From an uncultured delta proteobacterium (lineage in GTDB: Bacteria > Desulfobacterota > Desulfobacteria > Desulfobacterales > JAFDCJ01): a stretch of DNA of 64,000 nucleotides. The translations under genes and the position numbers were made by a program. Below, one piece after another: positions 59,845 to 64,000 of this stretch. Location: contig CAVYNY010000020.1 of NCBI GenBank assembly GCA_963769935.1, forward strand, positions 192,001 to 256,000, read 5' to 3'. The notes under the pieces were generated by a model. The model worked only from the letters and a program-made list of their open reading frames with translations. It was not told the origin of the DNA and searched no databases. How positions within the stretch are numbered: the stretch's first letter is position 1; each line of letters opens with the position of its first letter.

Positions 59845-59895
59845 GCACCAGCATCATCAAGTATCGAGTATCAAGCATCCAGCATCCAGCATCAA
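59845..59895 (-). repeat. Heptamer tandem array (AGCATCC)n, right arm, reverse complement of 59291-59360
   Basis: ccagcatcatcaagtatcgagtatcaagcatccagcatccagcatc. Confidence 0.85.
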
Positions 59896-59966
59896 TTCGA
59901 AAAGTGCTTGACCTTCATTGACACTAACCATACAGGAACAAATAAAACAAAATAAAGGGCAACTCC

Positions 59967-61259
59967 ATGAATGGCAACATGATCATCAAAAACGCTTCCG
60001 AGCTGGTTACCTGCAGCGGATTTGCAGCCAAAAGGGGCGCGGATATGGCCGAGCTGCACATTATTTCCGACGGCGCTGTAATCATTAAAGCAGGCAGGAT
60101 CGAGGCAGTCGGAACGACGGAAGATATTGAAGCCAAACTGGGAAAGACCGGTGCGGATTTATCCGGCTTCGATGTCATCGATGCGCAAGGCAAGGCCGTT
60201 CTGCCCGGCTTTGTCGACTCGCACACCCATTTTGTTTTCGGCGGCTACCGGGCGGAAGAATTTGCCTGGCGCCTGCGCGGCGACGGCTACATGCAGATCA
60301 TGCAGCGCGGCGGCGGAATCGTCAATACGGTAAAGGCCACTCAAAAAGCCGACGCCAATGAACTGCTGCAATCCGGTATCAAACGGCTGGACTCCATGCT
60401 TTCCTTCGGGGTCACCACGGTTGAATGCAAAAGCGGCTATGGTCTGGATAAAGATACCGAGATCAAGCAGCTTGAAGTCATCAACCACCTGGACGGCATC
60501 CACTATATCGACATCGTCCCCACTTTTCTGGGCGCCCACGCGGTGCCCGCAAACTTCAAAGGCCGGGAAGATGAGTTTATCGAATTCATGGTCGAAGAAG
60601 TCATGCCGGTGGTAGCCGAGCGCAAGTTGGCGCAGTATTGCGATATCTTTTGCGAAAAAAATGTCTTCTCCGTCGAACAGTCCCGGCGATATCTCAGTAA
60701 AGCCAAAGAAATGGGTTTCAAGCTCAAACTTCACGCCGATGAAATCGTGCAGCTCGGAGGGGCCGAGCTGGCCGCTGAACTTCAGGCGACGTCGGCCGAT
60801 CATCTGCTGCAGGCTTCCGACGAAGGCATCCGGCAAATGGCCAAGGCCGGTGTGGTGGCCATCCTGCTGCCCGGAACCGCTTTCAGCCTGAAAGAAGCCT
60901 ATGCCCGCGGGCGTTTTATCATCGACAGCAATTGTGCCGTCGCGCTGGCGACTGATTTAAATCCGGGAAGCTGTTTCACGGAATCCATTCCCTTAATATT
61001 TGCCCTGGCAACCCTTTATATGGGCATCACAACCGAGGAAGCGGTTTCAGCATTGACAATCAACGCGGCGGCCGCCCTCGACAGAGCCGATGCCATCGGC
61101 AGCCTGGATGCCGGCAAACAGGGCGACCTGGTTGTGCTCGAATATCCTTCATATAAGTTCATTCCCTATCATATCGGGGTCAGCACCGTTGAAAAGGTCG
61201 TCAAAAATGGAAATCTGGTTTTTGATAAAGAAAAAAAAGGAGGGGTGATATATTGTTGA
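59967..61259 (+). CDS. hutI: Imidazolonepropionase
   Basis: PGFVDSHTH, GGGI, KSGYGL, LGAHA, LHADE, ATDLNPG. Confidence 0.96.
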   Translation: MNGNMIIKNASELVTCSGFAAKRGADMAELHIISDGAVIIKAGRIEAVGTTEDIEAKLGKTGADLSGFDVIDAQGKAVLPGFVDSHTHFVFGGYRAEEFAWRLRGDGYMQIMQRGGGIVNTVKATQKADANELLQSGIKRLDSMLSFGVTTVECKSGYGLDKDTEIKQLEVINHLDGIHYIDIVPTFLGAHAVPANFKGREDEFIEFMVEEVMPVVAERKLAQYCDIFCEKNVFSVEQSRRYLSKAKEMGFKLKLHADEIVQLGGAELAAELQATSADHLLQASDEGIRQMAKAGVVAILLPGTAFSLKEAYARGRFIIDSNCAVALATDLNPGSCFTESIPLIFALATLYMGITTEEAVSALTINAAAALDRADAIGSLDAGKQGDLVVLEYPSYKFIPYHIGVSTVEKVVKNGNLVFDKEKKGGVIYC

Positions 61260-61870
61260 CCGATCAAAAAATTACTGATTTCTTGCAGCAAACCGCTTCC
61301 GGAACGCCCGTTCCCGGGGGAGGTTCCGTTTCCGCCTTGAGTGCGGCCCTGGGAGCAGGGCTTACGGAAATGGTGGCAAATTTGACCGTGGGCAAAAAAA
61401 ATTATGAGGCGGTTGAAGGCGAAATGAAAAAAATTTCTGAGACGGCCGCCAACCTCAGAAAAAAACTGACGGCCGAAGTCGACAATGACGCCACTGCCTA
61501 CCAGGGAGTCCTGGCGGCGTTTAAATTGCCCCAAACGACGGAAGCCGAAAAAGAAACTCGAAGCCGGGCAATTCAGGAGGCCATGAAAAATGCCGCCCGG
61601 GTGCCGCTGGGGGTAGCCTATGATGCCCTGCAGGTTATGGATCTGGCTGAAACGGTGATAAGGAGCGGCAACCGGAATGCCGTCTCAGACGGCGCCGTAG
61701 GGGCGATGATGGCACGCACGGCCGTCCGGGGCGCGTTATTTAATGTGAAAATAAACCTGGTCTCCGTGAAAGACAAAGCCTTTGTCAAAGAAATGATGCA
61801 GGAAGCAAATAAACTGGAACAGCGGGTGCAGGAGCGGGAGAAAGAGATACTGGCATATGTGAGAATATAG
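61253..61870 (+). CDS. Formiminotetrahydrofolate cyclodeaminase / methenyl-THF cyclohydrolase (FchA-like)
   Basis: PVPGGGSVSA, MVANLT, GNRNAVSD, NVKINL. Confidence 0.92.
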   Translation: MLTDQKITDFLQQTASGTPVPGGGSVSALSAALGAGLTEMVANLTVGKKNYEAVEGEMKKISETAANLRKKLTAEVDNDATAYQGVLAAFKLPQTTEAEKETRSRAIQEAMKNAARVPLGVAYDALQVMDLAETVIRSGNRNAVSDGAVGAMMARTAVRGALFNVKINLVSVKDKAFVKEMMQEANKLEQRVQEREKEILAYVRI

Positions 61871-61872
61871 CT

Positions 61873-62118
61873 GGTTGTAAGTTGTGGGTTGTATGTGGTG
61901 AGTTGTATGTTGTGAGTTGTGTGTTGTCTGTTGTGAGTTGTGAGTTGTTTGTGGGGTGTTGAATGGGCATTTATTGTTTGCTGCTAACCAGCTGTCGTGA
62001 ATTGGCTGTAGCATTCGAAGTAAAATAGCGAATACAAAAAGCCAACTTTATGCAAGCGGGTTTTTTTTCGCGGTTGAAAACCGCTCCCACCCACAACATT
62101 CAACCCACAACTTACACC
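61873..62118. repeat. Inverted-arm element, family E (GTTGTGA / CACAAC heptamers) enclosing a REP-like hairpin
   Basis: ggttgtaagttgtgggttg... versus ...caacccacaacttacacc; internal cgcggttgaaaaccgctcccac. Confidence 0.8.
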
Positions 62119-62190
62119 TCGCAATATCTACCATATTAGATAATTGCATATTACTATGTTAAGGCTGCAATCCGCGCCTCAGGCAATTCC

Positions 62191-63054
62191 ATGCAACTAT
62201 TTTTCGAACAATTACTCAACGGCATCGCTATGGGCTCCATCTATGCCCTGATCACCTTGGGGCTGGCGCTGGTTTATGGAATCCTGCGCATCCTGCATGT
62301 GGCTCACGCCGCGATTTACACGGTTGGTGCCTACGTGGGGCTTTATTTATTTCATCTGAGCGGCAGCCTGATTGTCGGCGTGGCCGGCAGCATGGTATTT
62401 TGCGCCGTACTCGGGGTGGCCATCGAACGGTTTGTTTACTACCCGCTGCTGAAGTACCCACCCTATGTCCCCCTGATCGGCAGCATTGCCGTGATGCTGG
62501 CGATCGAAGAGCTTTGCCGTCTGATTGCCGGTCCGCAGATTTTAACCTTTCCGGCTGAATTGCCTTTTCCTGAATTTCAAATCGGCGGCATTAACATATC
62601 ATCCACTTTGATGGCGGTTTATTGTATAACGGCCGTCGTGCTGATTGTGCTCTGGTATATTACCAGTAAAACGGAGCTGGGGCTGGCCATGCGGGCGACC
62701 TCCCAGGATATTCAGATTGCCGATGCCATGGGAATCAACAGCCACATTATCATCAGCATAACCTTTGTCATCGGCTCCGCCATCGCCGCGTTGGCCGGGA
62801 TTCTGGTCGGCATATATTACAACCAGGTTTATCCGACCATGGGCGCGGTGCCGGCTTACAAAACCCTAGCCCTGATCGTTGTCGGCGGGCTGGGATCGGT
62901 TCCGGGTGCTGTCATTGCTTCCCTGCTGCTCGGCGTGGCGGAAACACTGCTCATCGGATATGCCAATATTCCATTGCCCCGGGATGCGCTGGCATTCATC
63001 GCCATGATCGGTGTGCTGATGTGGCGCTCGGAAGGACTGCTCGGGTCGCGTTAG
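62191..63054 (+). CDS. Branched-chain amino acid ABC permease, LivH-like
   Basis: NGIAMGSIYAL..LGL.LVYG, GLAMRATSQD, VVGGLGS. Confidence 0.92.
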   Translation: MQLFFEQLLNGIAMGSIYALITLGLALVYGILRILHVAHAAIYTVGAYVGLYLFHLSGSLIVGVAGSMVFCAVLGVAIERFVYYPLLKYPPYVPLIGSIAVMLAIEELCRLIAGPQILTFPAELPFPEFQIGGINISSTLMAVYCITAVVLIVLWYITSKTELGLAMRATSQDIQIADAMGINSHIIISITFVIGSAIAALAGILVGIYYNQVYPTMGAVPAYKTLALIVVGGLGSVPGAVIASLLLGVAETLLIGYANIPLPRDALAFIAMIGVLMWRSEGLLGSR

Positions 63055-63127
63055 GGTTTACGAATAAAAATAAGTTTACAATTTAACATCCGCCCAACTT
63101 CGGAAATTTAGCTTATATCTGCAAGGC

Positions 63128-64000
63128 ATGCGCGCCAATCAAAAACATCCTGTGTCCGAATCTTCCAACCAGGCCATAGATCCCCTGCTAAAGGCATTCG
63201 ACCGGCCGGTGCTGCCGATTGCCGTATTGGTGCTCGTCGGCGTGCTGGTTTACCTTAACTCTTTGTCCAATGGTTTTGTTTTTGACGATTATGCCGTGAT
63301 TGTCCAAAACAAATACCTCACGGAGCGGGGCGCAGGTTTCCTGTCCTTTTTCAACCACTCCTATTTTAACATTGCCGGCGGTGAAGCCAGTTATCGTCCG
63401 GTGGCGACATTATCCTACTACCTTATCCACCTGGCGGCGGGGTTGAACCCGTTTTATTATCATCTGACCAGTGTCGTACTGCACATTCTGAATATTCTCC
63501 TGGTTTACCGGATGGCTTGTTTAATTCTGAAGAACCCATTATCGGCTCTGGTCGCAGGGCTGTTGTTTGCCTGCCATCCGGTCCTGACTGAAACGGTTGA
63601 CTGCATTGCCTACAATGAGGATTTGTTGACCGGCTTTTTTTTCCTGCTGGCCTTTATTTTGTACCTGAAATCAACCCCGGAAAATTTTAAAAAGGCAGCT
63701 GTAAAATACTATTGCGGCTCGCTGCTTTTTTTTCTGCTGGGGCTGCTGTCCAAAGAAATGGCGATCACCCTGCCGGCAGTACTTCTGCTCTATGACCTGA
63801 CGCTAAGGCCGGCCGGCCGGCAATCTTTTACCCCGGGGATGATTCTAAACGCCGTTAAAGACAGGGGGCGGTTATATGCCGGCTATGCGGCCGTCAGTCT
63901 GTTTTATTTAGCCCTGCGGTTTAAATTCTTGTCCAGCCCGGCGGAGCAGGCCACGCCTTTTTACGGCAGCCTGTTTGAAAGAATCCTGTATCTGCCCGCG
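63128..64000 (+). CDS. TMTC-like GT-C membrane protein (DUF1736/TPR-type), 3' partial
   Basis: YLNSLSNGFVFDD, YRPV, LFACHPVLTE.V, LLSKEMAITLP; frame appears open to the window end. Confidence 0.8.
   Translation, partial: MRANQKHPVSESSNQAIDPLLKAFDRPVLPIAVLVLVGVLVYLNSLSNGFVFDDYAVIVQNKYLTERGAGFLSFFNHSYFNIAGGEASYRPVATLSYYLIHLAAGLNPFYYHLTSVVLHILNILLVYRMACLILKNPLSALVAGLLFACHPVLTETVDCIAYNEDLLTGFFFLLAFILYLKSTPENFKKAAVKYYCGSLLFFLLGLLSKEMAITLPAVLLLYDLTLRPAGRQSFTPGMILNAVKDRGRLYAGYAAVSLFYLALRFKFLSSPAEQATPFYGSLFERILYLPA

Overview
64 kb of bacterial chromosome. Gene content and intergenic repeats suggest an anaerobic deltaproteobacterium, probably Desulfobacterales-like (inference). The backbone is catabolism of methylated amines and amino acids: four pyrrolysine-free MttB-superfamily methyltransferases (one partial), two Opp/Dpp-type ABC importers with Tat-exported binding proteins, an atypical PLP trans-sulfuration enzyme, an MmgE/PrpD protein, a frameshifted tungsten-type AOR, an FAD amine oxidoreductase, and a complete THF-dependent histidine pathway (hutH, hutU, hutI, formiminotransferase, cyclodeaminase). 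It also carries a 7-gene cluster of glycosyltransferases and two radical-SAM enzymes. There are two accessory regions. The first (26.2-32.9 kb) is an integron cassette array without integrase, with 7-8 attC sites, three toxin-antitoxin pairs, a GyrA-fragment cassette and RAYT remnants. The second (48-56 kb) has a SWIM-SNF2 helicase, a MORC-like GHKL ATPase, a HigBA remnant, an attC site and a truncated integron integrase. Many intergenic spaces hold hairpin-forming elements whose two arms are inverted arrays of 7-9 nt tandem repeats. One of these elements encloses a four-helix-bundle (Avd/IVP-like) gene inside the hut operon. No rRNA, tRNA or CRISPR array was seen. All calls come from motif reading; no database search was run.
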